Both the position numbers and the translations under genes were made by a program. A DNA stretch of 64,000 nt from a virus, in IMG/VR virus record IMGVR_UViG_3300037155_000072, positions 1-64,000 of that record; one strand, 5' to 3'. Under the pieces are notes generated by a model that saw nothing but the letters and a program-made list of their open reading frames with translations, had not been told where the DNA came from and made no database searches. How positions within the stretch are numbered: the stretch's first letter is position 1; each line of letters begins with the position of its first letter. Shown here one piece after another: positions 18,818-28,436 of the stretch.

Positions 18818-21800
18818 ATGCCTAACGACGTTCCTAATGTGCCGATTTCGACGCCCCCAGCGCCCGCTCCGGACATTACCCAGGGCATGTTTTCTGCCGC
18901 CCAGCTCCAGGCACCCCTCCCCGAGACGCCCGCCCCCGCCGCGCCGGTAAAATATACCCCGACGGCCCAGGAACTCGCCTCGGCCGCTCCGGTTGCCCCG
19001 GCCGCGCCCGTGAAGTATTCTCCGACTGCCGCAGAGCTCTCCAGCGCCACTCCGGTTGCCCCGCCCAGCGCCCTCGAAGTGATGACGCCGGAGCAACTCG
19101 TTGCTGAGGCAAAAGCAAACCCCAAAAAATTTGACCCAATCTCCGCATTCCAGGCGTTGCCAGCCCAGAAGCAGACCGAGCTTTTCGATAAGGCCGCTGA
19201 GACATATTACCAGCTTCTACAGGCCGGGCACTTCACGCCAAGCCTGGTGGACATGCTTACGAACGTAGGAAAAGGAATTAAGGACCTTGCGTTGACTGGC
19301 GCGACTCTCGCAAATATCGGTTTGGGTGCTGCGGTATCAGCCGGAGCAGAACCGGACCCTTCCACTTTTCGCGGTGCTCTCTCTTTACAGACTCAACAGC
19401 AATCCGGAGAATTCCTGGCGGGCCAAAAGGTTGCGGCGCTCGGGATTGGGCAGATGCTCACCAAGGGAGCAGCTTGGGCTGCACGCGGGCTGCACCTTAC
19501 TAAGGGCCTTCAGGACTACACTCCGGAGGATAAGTGGAACGCTTTTGCGACGGAGCTTGCGACGCGAAACGGAATGGCCAACGTCGTGAAGCAGGGCATC
19601 AGCCCAGAAGCCGCTGCGAACCTCGCGAAACAAGGATACCCACTTCGCCCGGAAAAAGTGGAAGAAGCCGCCTCCGGCTCGCCCTTTGCCTGGGAATTTG
19701 CGGGAAAGCTTTTCGGTGGTGCTACCGGAATGGTCGCGGACTCCGCCACTCCCCTACTCGCGACGCTCGCGGGAGATACATCTGAAGCGGGCCTTGCGAG
19801 TGCCCGGGCGGCAATTCATTCTATTCCCTCGATTGCGTCCGAAGCCTCGACAAAAGTCGTGGGCGGAGCACTCAAAGCTGCCGGGAAAGCGGGCGAATTT
19901 ACGGCAGAGAAAATCGAACCTCTCGTTACGCCCATCGCGAAAGTGGCGGGTATGGCAGGCGGTGCTTTTGCAGGTCATCACATCGGCGGACCCTGGACTA
20001 TTCCGTTGGGTATCGCGGAAGGTCTGGAAAAGGGCGGAAAGCTCGGGGAGAAAATTTCGACGGGCGTAGCGAAGGCGGGTGGGAAGCTGGCCGACCTAGC
20101 GGACATGGGAAAACAGATTGCAACCGGCGAAGGCGTGTCATCCAACACCGCGCAGTTCGTTAGAGACGTAGCACAGGCCGCACCGGGTGCCCTGGCGCAC
20201 GTAGGCGCAGGTGTGGCGATGGACGTAGGTCTCGGGGCAGCAACCACCGAAACACCCGGTGAACGCGCCAACATTACCCCGTTCGGGACAGTTCTCGGCG
20301 GTGTCGGTGCCGCGAAAGGCGTTGCGGGTCGGGCGATTAGCGGCCACATTATCGCGCCTCGGGCTTGGGGAAGTGAGGGAGTCCCACAACGTCCGGATAC
20401 CTTTACGCAGAATTTTCCCGCGCTCAACGCGGAGCATACAGACGCCATGGCGAATGCTCCTGTTGGAGTGCAGCAACGCTTCAACGCGGTTCAGAAGTTT
20501 GTGGACGGCGCTGCCCCGGGCACCCAGATAGTTTATGCGCCGAGGCCGGAAGTCGGACACGAGGACACGTTGCCCGCCGCGCTTCAGCAGTCGGGAATAA
20601 ACCCGAAATTCGCGGCCCGGGATGGCTTTTCAACCAAGGTGCAAGGCACCGATGGCAAAACCCACAATATTGTTGTAGTTCGTGATATGGAAGCCGCGCC
20701 ACACGAGGCTCGGCACGCGATGGACGACGTTATAGGAGCTGGAGCGACCGCCGATTTAAATGCCACCGCGAAGCAAGAATTCGCTGACAAGTGGGATGCG
20801 TTTAAACAAAGGTATGCGGACCGGCTCACGCCCACCGGACTTCCGACCTCAGACCCGAACGGGACAATCCTACGAGAGTCCGGATACGGAGACGCAGCCG
20901 CAAAAGAGAAAATTATCTCACAAGCGCGAGACGCGTTAGGCCCTAATGCTACCGAAGCGCAGGTGCATGCCGAAGCGGGGAAAGCAATTACCGACTTACG
21001 GGGGCAGGCGCAAGCTGCCGGACAGGAATTGTGGCAGCACGTGCTCACTCCTGACGAGCAGTCGAATCAGGTGGACCAATATGTAGGCAGCGAAGTCCGC
21101 GCGGAGCATCACGATGCTTGGTTCAAGGCCGGGCAGCCCGGCACGATGCGGGGCAAGATGGGAATGTTGGGCGGCCGCGTGTTATCGGCGCTCGGGATTA
21201 ACCCCGTCGAAGGCCGTTCCTCTACCTATGGCACGCCGCTCGAAGGCTCTCTCGTTTCCCAGGCACAAAAGACTGCGCCTAAAGGGGTGATGGCTCCCGA
21301 GGCACCTGCCCCGGAAGGCAGTGACGCCGCCCATCAGAAAGGTGTAGTGAACGCCCAGAAGGCCGCCGCCGAAGCCTCGGGGCAACCCGTCGCGGGAGCG
21401 GTCAAATCCCAAAAGGAAGTTCTCGGAATTGTGGCCGAAGCAATCGCGCGCAAGCAAGGCGTTAAGCTGACCAAGCTCTCCGCCCCCGAAGAGCCCGCCG
21501 CTTCTCTGACCTCCGACCGCGAGACCCGCAGGCAGATGATTGAGACATATCGCACGATGCCCGATGCGGCGAAAAAGCTTTGGGGCAAACTCTTTTTCCC
21601 GACTGATGTCCCGGTGCCGGGGCGCGGGGGGAATCTACAAATTTTCGGTTATAGCCCCGAAGTATTCGCCGCCAACGCGCACAAGACTGCCGAGGCAATG
21701 AACACCCTCGCCGACAAAGGCTCGAACCTTTCGCCCTACGAATTGGACCCGGCGACAAAATCATTCACGGAGTCAGGCTGGCGGGAGCTCTACGACGACG

Positions 21801-24800
21801 TTCAAAAATATGTTCAGAACCAAGCGGCCGGGCGAACCGGTTCGGGGACTCCTCTCTCAGTCCCGGCGGCAGTCACGGCTGCTGGTGGGCATGCGCCGCC
21901 GTTACGGGGAGAAGCTGCGCCGCTGACCCAGGACCGCGCGGATTTTATCAGCGCAATGTTTCACGCGAAACTGCCCGATACCGGGATTGCTCGCCAGGGG
22001 GCAATCAACATGCCTCTGAACAAGGCGGGGCAGTTGGTCAGTGCCGCCACAATTCCGGGCCGCGTTGCGCCGCCGGTTGAACCTCGTGGATCTTTTCGCG
22101 GAGCGGTAGCGGTTCGCCAAGGAGTCAAGGGCGAGCCGATTATGGAAGTAAACCCCTTCCGTAATAAATTCGAGTCCGCGTTGAAACAGGCGGGCGTCGA
22201 GAAGCCCTCCCTGATTGAGGCCAATCAACGTCTTAATCTCAAGGATTTGAAGGACGCGGAGCTCGCCCCAGAACAGGGAAAATTCGGCGCAAACTCACTC
22301 GCGTTGCAGGCCGGTTTTCAACCGCGACAACTCATCAATCCCGAAATCGAATCCCGATTGAAGGACAGCAAAGTCCGATTCGAGGACGGAACTCTCAAAC
22401 CCGTTTTCCACTCGACCGTTTTCCAATTTCCCACGAAGGAGATTAGGACCGAAGGATTTCAAGCGCACTTCGGAACCCCAGACCAAGCCGCTGCCCGGTC
22501 TATCGGACCTACAGGCAACCGCAACGCTTCGGCTCTGCAATCTGCCACAGGGGCTCGAACCATACCAGCGTTTCTCGACATGAAAAACCCACTACGAGTG
22601 GATGATGTTGGAAATTGGGCCAACGCGCAAGATGTCGCGACGGGGCTGGAGAAGGCGGGAGTGTCTCTACCAAAAGAATTGTCGAGCCGAATGATTAACG
22701 CGGCCGTCGAGACCGCGCAGGATAAGTTGCCCAGCACACAGAGCAATCAGGATGAGGAGGATTCCTGGGGCCAAGCGAATCAGGCGGTAAACTCTAGGCT
22801 GCAAAACCATCTCCGGGGGAAAGGTTACGACGGGATTGTTTACGCAAACCACTACGAGGACTCCGCCCCGAAGCTGAACTATGGCGGCCGTCAAGAAGAA
22901 CACACATACCGGGGTCAGGAGGAATACAACCCGAGTCTTTACCCGGATAGCTTCATCCCCTTTGACGCAAAGCAGATTCACAACGCCGTTGACACGAAAG
23001 TCCAGTATCAACCATCCGCGCCGAAGAACGCGCACGAGCTCACCGACTTCCTTGACAAGTCCAGCCCGGAGGAGTATAAAACGGCGGTGAACAGCTACAA
23101 AGGCAAATACGGCGGCGGCCAAACGGGCATGAGCTTCGACACTGGCGCACAGGTTTCCACGGCTGATGAACTCGCCAAGCTCCACACCGCACATCAGAAG
23201 TTCCAGCAGATGAGCCGGGACGCGATGGCGCACAAGGATTTCAATACCGCCATGGACATGGCTAGCCGCTCTCAGGCCGCCCGCGAAGCTTACGAAGCCG
23301 CAGAGAATGGCCCTTCGGCCGCGTTCATCCGGGACCACTACGACAAGAATTTTCAGGGCAGCCCATTGCATAAGGGGACCTCGCTGAATTCGGAGCATGT
23401 GAACTTCATGCCGAAGGGCGACCCGCGCGCGATTCGTGCAGCCGCAGTTCAGGACGCAGACAACGGTAAGATTTTCGAGGGGCCGATGCACTTCTACGCG
23501 CATAGCCAAATGATTGCGGCCGGATACAACCACAATGATTTGTTTCGGCACCCCCAGGGGTTCGTCACCAACACGCCGGGAGAATTCTTAGACCGTCAGC
23601 AGGCGTTTAAACGGGCAGAAGAGTTGAACCAACTCAAGGGGTATAAAGAGGGGGACCCGGACATCATGCACCCAACGGGAGGGTTAGCTGCCGACAATTT
23701 GGGCCTAGTTGCGGAACATACGCAGATGCAGCCTCCAAAAAAAGACAAAGAAATCGAGCTGACGCACTACTCGCACACCCCTGGTATCAAGATTCTAGAC
23801 CCCGCTTTTCACGGCACCGGTTTATCTGGGGATGAACGCGCGCGCCAGCGGGACTACCCGGAAATTTATCATCCTCGAACTTATTTCGGCACCAAGGACT
23901 ACAACAAGGAGCCGAACCTGGGGAACGAACAATACCGTGCGATGGTTCAATCCAAAAAGCTGTATCCGTTCCAGGAAGACCCCAAGGACTTATTCCCAGG
24001 TCCGCAGCAAGTGGAAGACGCTGGCTACGCCCCGATGGACAGCAAAGCGGCAAACACGCTCTATGAGCACAAAATATCGCAGGCCGGTTACGAGGGATAT
24101 ATCCACCGCGACTCCGCCGTCGCCGCGAAGTTCACGAAGACCCCGGTTGAACAAACCGGCGGCGCTAATTTTCAACCGCCAAAACTACCCGCTCCCGCCC
24201 CAGAAGAATTCGCGCACGAGGACACAATCGGCACCGCACTCGCGAAGCCGAATTGGGCAATCCTAACCGGCACTCAGGAAGCCCTGGGACCCGCAACCAA
24301 CGAAGCCAACGCTGCGAACAACGAGCGGCTCTACCGTGCGCTGGCCAAAGCGGGCCACACTCCGATTGAAGTCTCAGGTTCTTATAAAGGCGTAGACCAG
24401 GGACGCAATTTTTTGGTAACTGGGATGTCCCCCGAGGAGGCCCGCGATTGGGGCAAAGAATACAAACAGGATTCGGTGCTGACTCCGCACGGGTTACTCT
24501 ATTCGGACGGCAGCATTCAACCGCCGGACGCGTCCCTAACGAAAATCGGCAAGGCGGCCGAGAAGGAAGATTTTTACTCCAAAGTAGACAAAGGCCCCGC
24601 CTTTTCGATGGGATTCGACAAGCGGGAGATGCCAGCCGCAGGCGAGAGCATGCTCGGCGATTTAGGCGCATCGAAGACGCCACTGTCGAGCAAGCAAGTC
24701 GGGGACATGACAAAGAACCAGCTCGCGGCGCATTACCCCGAGTCTGTTATTCCAAAAGCCAAGGATGATGAGATTCATTCCGACATCGTAAACTCGCCCC

Positions 24801-25753
24801 TGGCAAAAGAAGCCGGTAGCCGAGAGAACGCAGTAAAAGTGTTCGGAAAAAAGCTTGCTGAAATGGGGCGCGCCCTGGAGAAGTCCAGCGGGTATCAATC
24901 CGGGCTGAAGTGGTATTCTGAATTCGTGCCGAAGCTGAAAAAGGTCTACGGAAAGCACGCGCAGATGATGGGGGAACTTCTTGCGGCCACGAGTCCAAAC
25001 AATAACCCAACGACGAATTTTGGATTTGCGAACGACGCAATGGAGGGGTTCATCTCGGGGCGGTTCGACAAACAGCTCAAGAAATTCAAAGAGGGCTGGA
25101 ACAAAGTTGAAGATGGGTCCTGGAAAAAATGGCTTGATAAAGAGCTAAAAGCTGGGAATGTCAATAATCCTCCGGAGACTCCCTCGGATGCTACCTTCCT
25201 GGACCACTGGATTACCAAGCACGACTTGAATCCCAGGCAGAGCAACGGCGCACTCTACTCGATGCACTCGGTCGCGGTGCTGAAAGTTTTGGCAAGGCAA
25301 TGGCTGGAGCAAACCCCGGGGCCGAAGACTCAAAACTTCGTAAAGAACTTATTGGGCACCGGCCATGAGGCTACAATCGACGTGTGGGCGGACCGGACAA
25401 TGCGCCGACTCGGCTACGCGGACCACCAAGCGCGGTGGAGAATTCTGCCAAAGAACGGCACCGGAGTTTCGGATGCGGACTTCGCGTTTTCGCAAGAAGC
25501 GTTTCGGCATGCGGCCGACGAGTTGGGCGTGAAGCCTGACGCGTTGCAAGGCGGACTGTGGTTCGCTGAAAAACAGAAGTGGGCTGACGAGGGTTGGGGC
25601 CGACTGGATTTGGGCGATTATCGAAAAGAGCTCGCCAAGGTGGAGATGTTGAACGCCGGAATTACCCAACGGCTAGCGATTCAAAAAGCCAAAGCAAAAG
25701 CGGTGCAAATGGAGCAACCCGATTTGATGTCCCTAGTCACCCCACGACCATGA
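18818..25753 (+). CDS. Giant polyvalent internal virion protein (zincin peptidase, two ART-like domains, DUF3293/SAM-lyase-like domain, C-terminal HhH-glycosylase-like domain)
   Basis: HEARH at 20702; SKVR..DG.LKPVFH..KNPL..GYDG..F.PFD..QI; THYS..LDP..GTG..RTYFG..AGYEG; WAILT..G.Y..QDSVL; WY..LAATSP..N..GPKT.NF..N..TIDVW..Q..LW; start moved to ATG 18818. Confidence 0.75.
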   Translation: MPNDVPNVPISTPPAPAPDITQGMFSAAQLQAPLPETPAPAAPVKYTPTAQELASAAPVAPAAPVKYSPTAAELSSATPVAPPSALEVMTPEQLVAEAKANPKKFDPISAFQALPAQKQTELFDKAAETYYQLLQAGHFTPSLVDMLTNVGKGIKDLALTGATLANIGLGAAVSAGAEPDPSTFRGALSLQTQQQSGEFLAGQKVAALGIGQMLTKGAAWAARGLHLTKGLQDYTPEDKWNAFATELATRNGMANVVKQGISPEAAANLAKQGYPLRPEKVEEAASGSPFAWEFAGKLFGGATGMVADSATPLLATLAGDTSEAGLASARAAIHSIPSIASEASTKVVGGALKAAGKAGEFTAEKIEPLVTPIAKVAGMAGGAFAGHHIGGPWTIPLGIAEGLEKGGKLGEKISTGVAKAGGKLADLADMGKQIATGEGVSSNTAQFVRDVAQAAPGALAHVGAGVAMDVGLGAATTETPGERANITPFGTVLGGVGAAKGVAGRAISGHIIAPRAWGSEGVPQRPDTFTQNFPALNAEHTDAMANAPVGVQQRFNAVQKFVDGAAPGTQIVYAPRPEVGHEDTLPAALQQSGINPKFAARDGFSTKVQGTDGKTHNIVVVRDMEAAPHEARHAMDDVIGAGATADLNATAKQEFADKWDAFKQRYADRLTPTGLPTSDPNGTILRESGYGDAAAKEKIISQARDALGPNATEAQVHAEAGKAITDLRGQAQAAGQELWQHVLTPDEQSNQVDQYVGSEVRAEHHDAWFKAGQPGTMRGKMGMLGGRVLSALGINPVEGRSSTYGTPLEGSLVSQAQKTAPKGVMAPEAPAPEGSDAAHQKGVVNAQKAAAEASGQPVAGAVKSQKEVLGIVAEAIARKQGVKLTKLSAPEEPAASLTSDRETRRQMIETYRTMPDAAKKLWGKLFFPTDVPVPGRGGNLQIFGYSPEVFAANAHKTAEAMNTLADKGSNLSPYELDPATKSFTESGWRELYDDVQKYVQNQAAGRTGSGTPLSVPAAVTAAGGHAPPLRGEAAPLTQDRADFISAMFHAKLPDTGIARQGAINMPLNKAGQLVSAATIPGRVAPPVEPRGSFRGAVAVRQGVKGEPIMEVNPFRNKFESALKQAGVEKPSLIEANQRLNLKDLKDAELAPEQGKFGANSLALQAGFQPRQLINPEIESRLKDSKVRFEDGTLKPVFHSTVFQFPTKEIRTEGFQAHFGTPDQAAARSIGPTGNRNASALQSATGARTIPAFLDMKNPLRVDDVGNWANAQDVATGLEKAGVSLPKELSSRMINAAVETAQDKLPSTQSNQDEEDSWGQANQAVNSRLQNHLRGKGYDGIVYANHYEDSAPKLNYGGRQEEHTYRGQEEYNPSLYPDSFIPFDAKQIHNAVDTKVQYQPSAPKNAHELTDFLDKSSPEEYKTAVNSYKGKYGGGQTGMSFDTGAQVSTADELAKLHTAHQKFQQMSRDAMAHKDFNTAMDMASRSQAAREAYEAAENGPSAAFIRDHYDKNFQGSPLHKGTSLNSEHVNFMPKGDPRAIRAAAVQDADNGKIFEGPMHFYAHSQMIAAGYNHNDLFRHPQGFVTNTPGEFLDRQQAFKRAEELNQLKGYKEGDPDIMHPTGGLAADNLGLVAEHTQMQPPKKDKEIELTHYSHTPGIKILDPAFHGTGLSGDERARQRDYPEIYHPRTYFGTKDYNKEPNLGNEQYRAMVQSKKLYPFQEDPKDLFPGPQQVEDAGYAPMDSKAANTLYEHKISQAGYEGYIHRDSAVAAKFTKTPVEQTGGANFQPPKLPAPAPEEFAHEDTIGTALAKPNWAILTGTQEALGPATNEANAANNERLYRALAKAGHTPIEVSGSYKGVDQGRNFLVTGMSPEEARDWGKEYKQDSVLTPHGLLYSDGSIQPPDASLTKIGKAAEKEDFYSKVDKGPAFSMGFDKREMPAAGESMLGDLGASKTPLSSKQVGDMTKNQLAAHYPESVIPKAKDDEIHSDIVNSPLAKEAGSRENAVKVFGKKLAEMGRALEKSSGYQSGLKWYSEFVPKLKKVYGKHAQMMGELLAATSPNNNPTTNFGFANDAMEGFISGRFDKQLKKFKEGWNKVEDGSWKKWLDKELKAGNVNNPPETPSDATFLDHWITKHDLNPRQSNGALYSMHSVAVLKVLARQWLEQTPGPKTQNFVKNLLGTGHEATIDVWADRTMRRLGYADHQARWRILPKNGTGVSDADFAFSQEAFRHAADELGVKPDALQGGLWFAEKQKWADEGWGRLDLGDYRKELAKVEMLNAGITQRLAIQKAKAKAVQMEQPDLMSLVTPRP

Positions 25754-25932
25754 AAACAAAATCAGCTCCACTAGGCTACGACGAAGCCGCCCAACATGCC
25801 GCTAGGACGGCTGCCGCCCCTGGCGACTCCCGCTGGGATACGTTGTGGGCGGAAGTCCACAAGCTCCAGGACACCCGGCAAGCCCGGGATGCCGACTTGG
25901 TATCCAAGCGACCAACCCGAGACGACGCGTAA
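25750..25932 (+). CDS. Small hypothetical protein
   Basis: ATGA overlap with the giant gene stop; MKTKSAPLGY. Confidence 0.5.
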   Translation: MKTKSAPLGYDEAAQHAARTAAAPGDSRWDTLWAEVHKLQDTRQARDADLVSKRPTRDDA

Positions 25933-25946
25933 CTACTTACCAGAAT

Positions 25947-26618
25947 ATGCCAAACCTCGTTTCTGCCGCCGCCCCTCAAGCCCCCGACGTTACCCCGCAA
26001 GCTCCAGCGCCCGCACCTGATGCCGATGCTGCCGCTCCTGCTCCCGCTGCGCCCTCCCTGCCGCCCTCGCTGACAAAGATACCAGCGATTCAGGGACTCA
26101 TGGCCGGTGCGCCCGTTGCCTTTTCGGCCAGGATTTCCGAATTTAAAGATACCCCCGTGGGTAAGGACATCATTAAGCACGCCGAAACATTGAAGGCGGC
26201 CGGGTTTGGATTCTACCGCAGTGTGCAGGGAGATTTGGCCGTCCTCTATAACCGCTTTCATGTGCATGGCAGTGATTTGCAACAAGCCGACAAGGCCGGA
26301 AAGCTCCAAGTCCTCGCGCCGCCATTTGAGCAGGTTGACCACGCTTTGAGTAAAATGGGCGGAAAGCACATGCTCGGGAAGACCGTTCCCCAAGGATTTG
26401 CGGCTCCAAGCCCCCAGGCGGCCCCCCAGGCGGGCGCTCAAGACGCCGGACCTCAGCCACCAGCCCAGGCGACTACGAACGCAGGTGGGGCCAGCGCCGC
26501 GCTCCAGAAGCGCCTTATGGCAGCTCGTCTCTCGAATATGGCTCCGGGTGCCCCTACCTCCGGACCGGCTCCCGGCGGCGGCCGGTTACTCCAGTCGATT
26601 CTTAAGCCCGTAATTTGA
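25947..26618 (+). CDS. Pro/Ala-rich hypothetical late protein
   Basis: ATG 25947 follows GTAACTACTT at 25929. Confidence 0.6.
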   Translation: MPNLVSAAAPQAPDVTPQAPAPAPDADAAAPAPAAPSLPPSLTKIPAIQGLMAGAPVAFSARISEFKDTPVGKDIIKHAETLKAAGFGFYRSVQGDLAVLYNRFHVHGSDLQQADKAGKLQVLAPPFEQVDHALSKMGGKHMLGKTVPQGFAAPSPQAAPQAGAQDAGPQPPAQATTNAGGASAALQKRLMAARLSNMAPGAPTSGPAPGGGRLLQSILKPVI

Positions 26619-28340
26619 CCCTTTTGAGAGATTCTCCTCGACGTAGGTCAACCGTTTTTTTGCTCGGGTTGCCGCAACGTAAGATAAATTTTCCTCTTCA
26701 CCCCCGCGCTCGGGACGGAAGGTTCGGGCAATAAGGAAAACTCTATCTGCCTCCAGGCCCTTGAATTTATGGACAGAGCTCAGTATAACGCACGGACGTT
26801 GAAAGCCTTCCTTGTCCACGAAAATGTCCGCGATGCAAACAAAAATCGACTCGACATTCACGCAGCCCTCGGCCAGCGCGGTCAAACAACCTACTTGGTC
26901 CTGAATCATTTCGATTTTCGATTCTGCGTGCGGACCGGCCACTACTCGGGCGGTGAGGCGTTTGCCCCAGGCGTGCGCGCGCTCAATGAAATGCGGCACG
27001 GACTTAGCCTTGAGCTTCTTGGCGATACCGGCGAGCTGAGCGCCCACGTCCCGGCCCCGGATGCGCGCCGGGGTGCCCTTACGGAGGAGTGCGAGGCAAA
27101 CCGGCATCAGCGGAGCGTTTGAGCGGCTAAGCACCGCGTCGCCCACCTGGAGAGCGTCTACGAGGGCAGCCCCGCCGATATGCAGCAACTCCCCCTTCGG
27201 GGCGTCCGGGGCGGCCTTGTAATCCGGCACCCACTGCGCGGCGTGCTCCACGACCACCTGAGGGCACCGGCGAGTCACTGTCAGCCCGAGCTCGACCGCG
27301 TTCAACTTGACTTTCATCAGGTCCAGGCCATTCTGCGCGGCACCCCGGAAGGCGTAAATCGCCTGCCGGTCGTCTCCTACGACCGCAATCCGGCCGCCCA
27401 CCCTCACCGAGCGTTGCGCCATTATCAACTGGGGCAGGCTCATATCCTGAGCCTCGTCCACAACCACTAAATCGTAGCACGGGGTCACCCAGTTCATTAC
27501 CACGGGCAGCCAGACCATATCGTTGCCACTAACGCGATGCTGGGGGTCGCGCACCATTGCCGCCCTCATGGCGCGAATCGCAATCTCCGCCAGGGCGTTG
27601 GCAGAAAAATCTTCACTCTCAACCTGGACGTTTCGGGCGTCAGCAAGGTCCAGCATTTCAGCGAGAGTCGGGACGGTCGCGAAGCAGTTTTTCGCAAACC
27701 CGACCAGCTTGACCACGGCCGCCAGGACATCCACCGGAGTATTGCGAGGGGCGGAAGCGACCGCGCGGTCCATTTCCACGTCCCCGGCCTTGTCGAACTT
27801 AGAGCCGGACCAAACGGAATTGATGCAGCGCAGGCCCCGGGAGTGCAAAGTCATCACATCGACATTGGGGTCGGCGATTTTGGCTTCCGCTTCAAGCTTA
27901 TTCTCGGTGCCGAAAACGAAATACGCCTTGAGTTTCTCGGGCGCGCGAGAAATTGCATAGACGATGGTGAATGTCTTGCCAGTGCCAGCCCGCGCGCGAA
28001 CCACGAGGTTGCGCCCGAACTGGCCGGTTGCGAACCACTCCACAATCAAAAGCTGCTCAGCAGAGAGGATGACGCCCTCGGGAAGCGGGGGCGGCACGAA
28101 GGAGGAGACCGGGGCAGCCGGGGCGGTATAGGTGGTGTAGAACACGTGCCACTGGCCGCCGAACGGCCGGACTCGAATTCCGGCGGCCTTCAGGGCTTCC
28201 TTGTCAGTCTTCCACTCGGCCCAGAACAGCGGGCACCGGCCTACAGCCCGGCGGACGAAGAAGCCATTTTCCATTACGGCTTCAGACCACTCAGCGAGAG
28301 ATTCGATATTCACGCTCTTAACACGAGACGTAAAACCCAT
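26586..28340 (-). CDS. UvrD/Rep-like superfamily 1 helicase
   Basis: ARAGTGKT, VVDEAQD, VGDDRQAIYAFRGA, TRRCP, SSVHKFKGLEAD, YVAATRAK; start approximate. Confidence 0.92.
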   Translation of the reverse strand: MGFTSRVKSVNIESLAEWSEAVMENGFFVRRAVGRCPLFWAEWKTDKEALKAAGIRVRPFGGQWHVFYTTYTAPAAPVSSFVPPPLPEGVILSAEQLLIVEWFATGQFGRNLVVRARAGTGKTFTIVYAISRAPEKLKAYFVFGTENKLEAEAKIADPNVDVMTLHSRGLRCINSVWSGSKFDKAGDVEMDRAVASAPRNTPVDVLAAVVKLVGFAKNCFATVPTLAEMLDLADARNVQVESEDFSANALAEIAIRAMRAAMVRDPQHRVSGNDMVWLPVVMNWVTPCYDLVVVDEAQDMSLPQLIMAQRSVRVGGRIAVVGDDRQAIYAFRGAAQNGLDLMKVKLNAVELGLTVTRRCPQVVVEHAAQWVPDYKAAPDAPKGELLHIGGAALVDALQVGDAVLSRSNAPLMPVCLALLRKGTPARIRGRDVGAQLAGIAKKLKAKSVPHFIERAHAWGKRLTARVVAGPHAESKIEMIQDQVGCLTALAEGCVNVESIFVCIADIFVDKEGFQRPCVILSSVHKFKGLEADRVFLIARTFRPERGGEEENLSYVAATRAKKRLTYVEENLSKGSNYGLKNRLE

Positions 28341-28436
28341 CCCCCGTATCGTGTTTCGACCAGGGGTGGATGAGTAGGGACGAATCCTCGGAATCAAGTC
28401 GGACCCTCTCCCCAGACGGCAGCATCAGATTAACAA

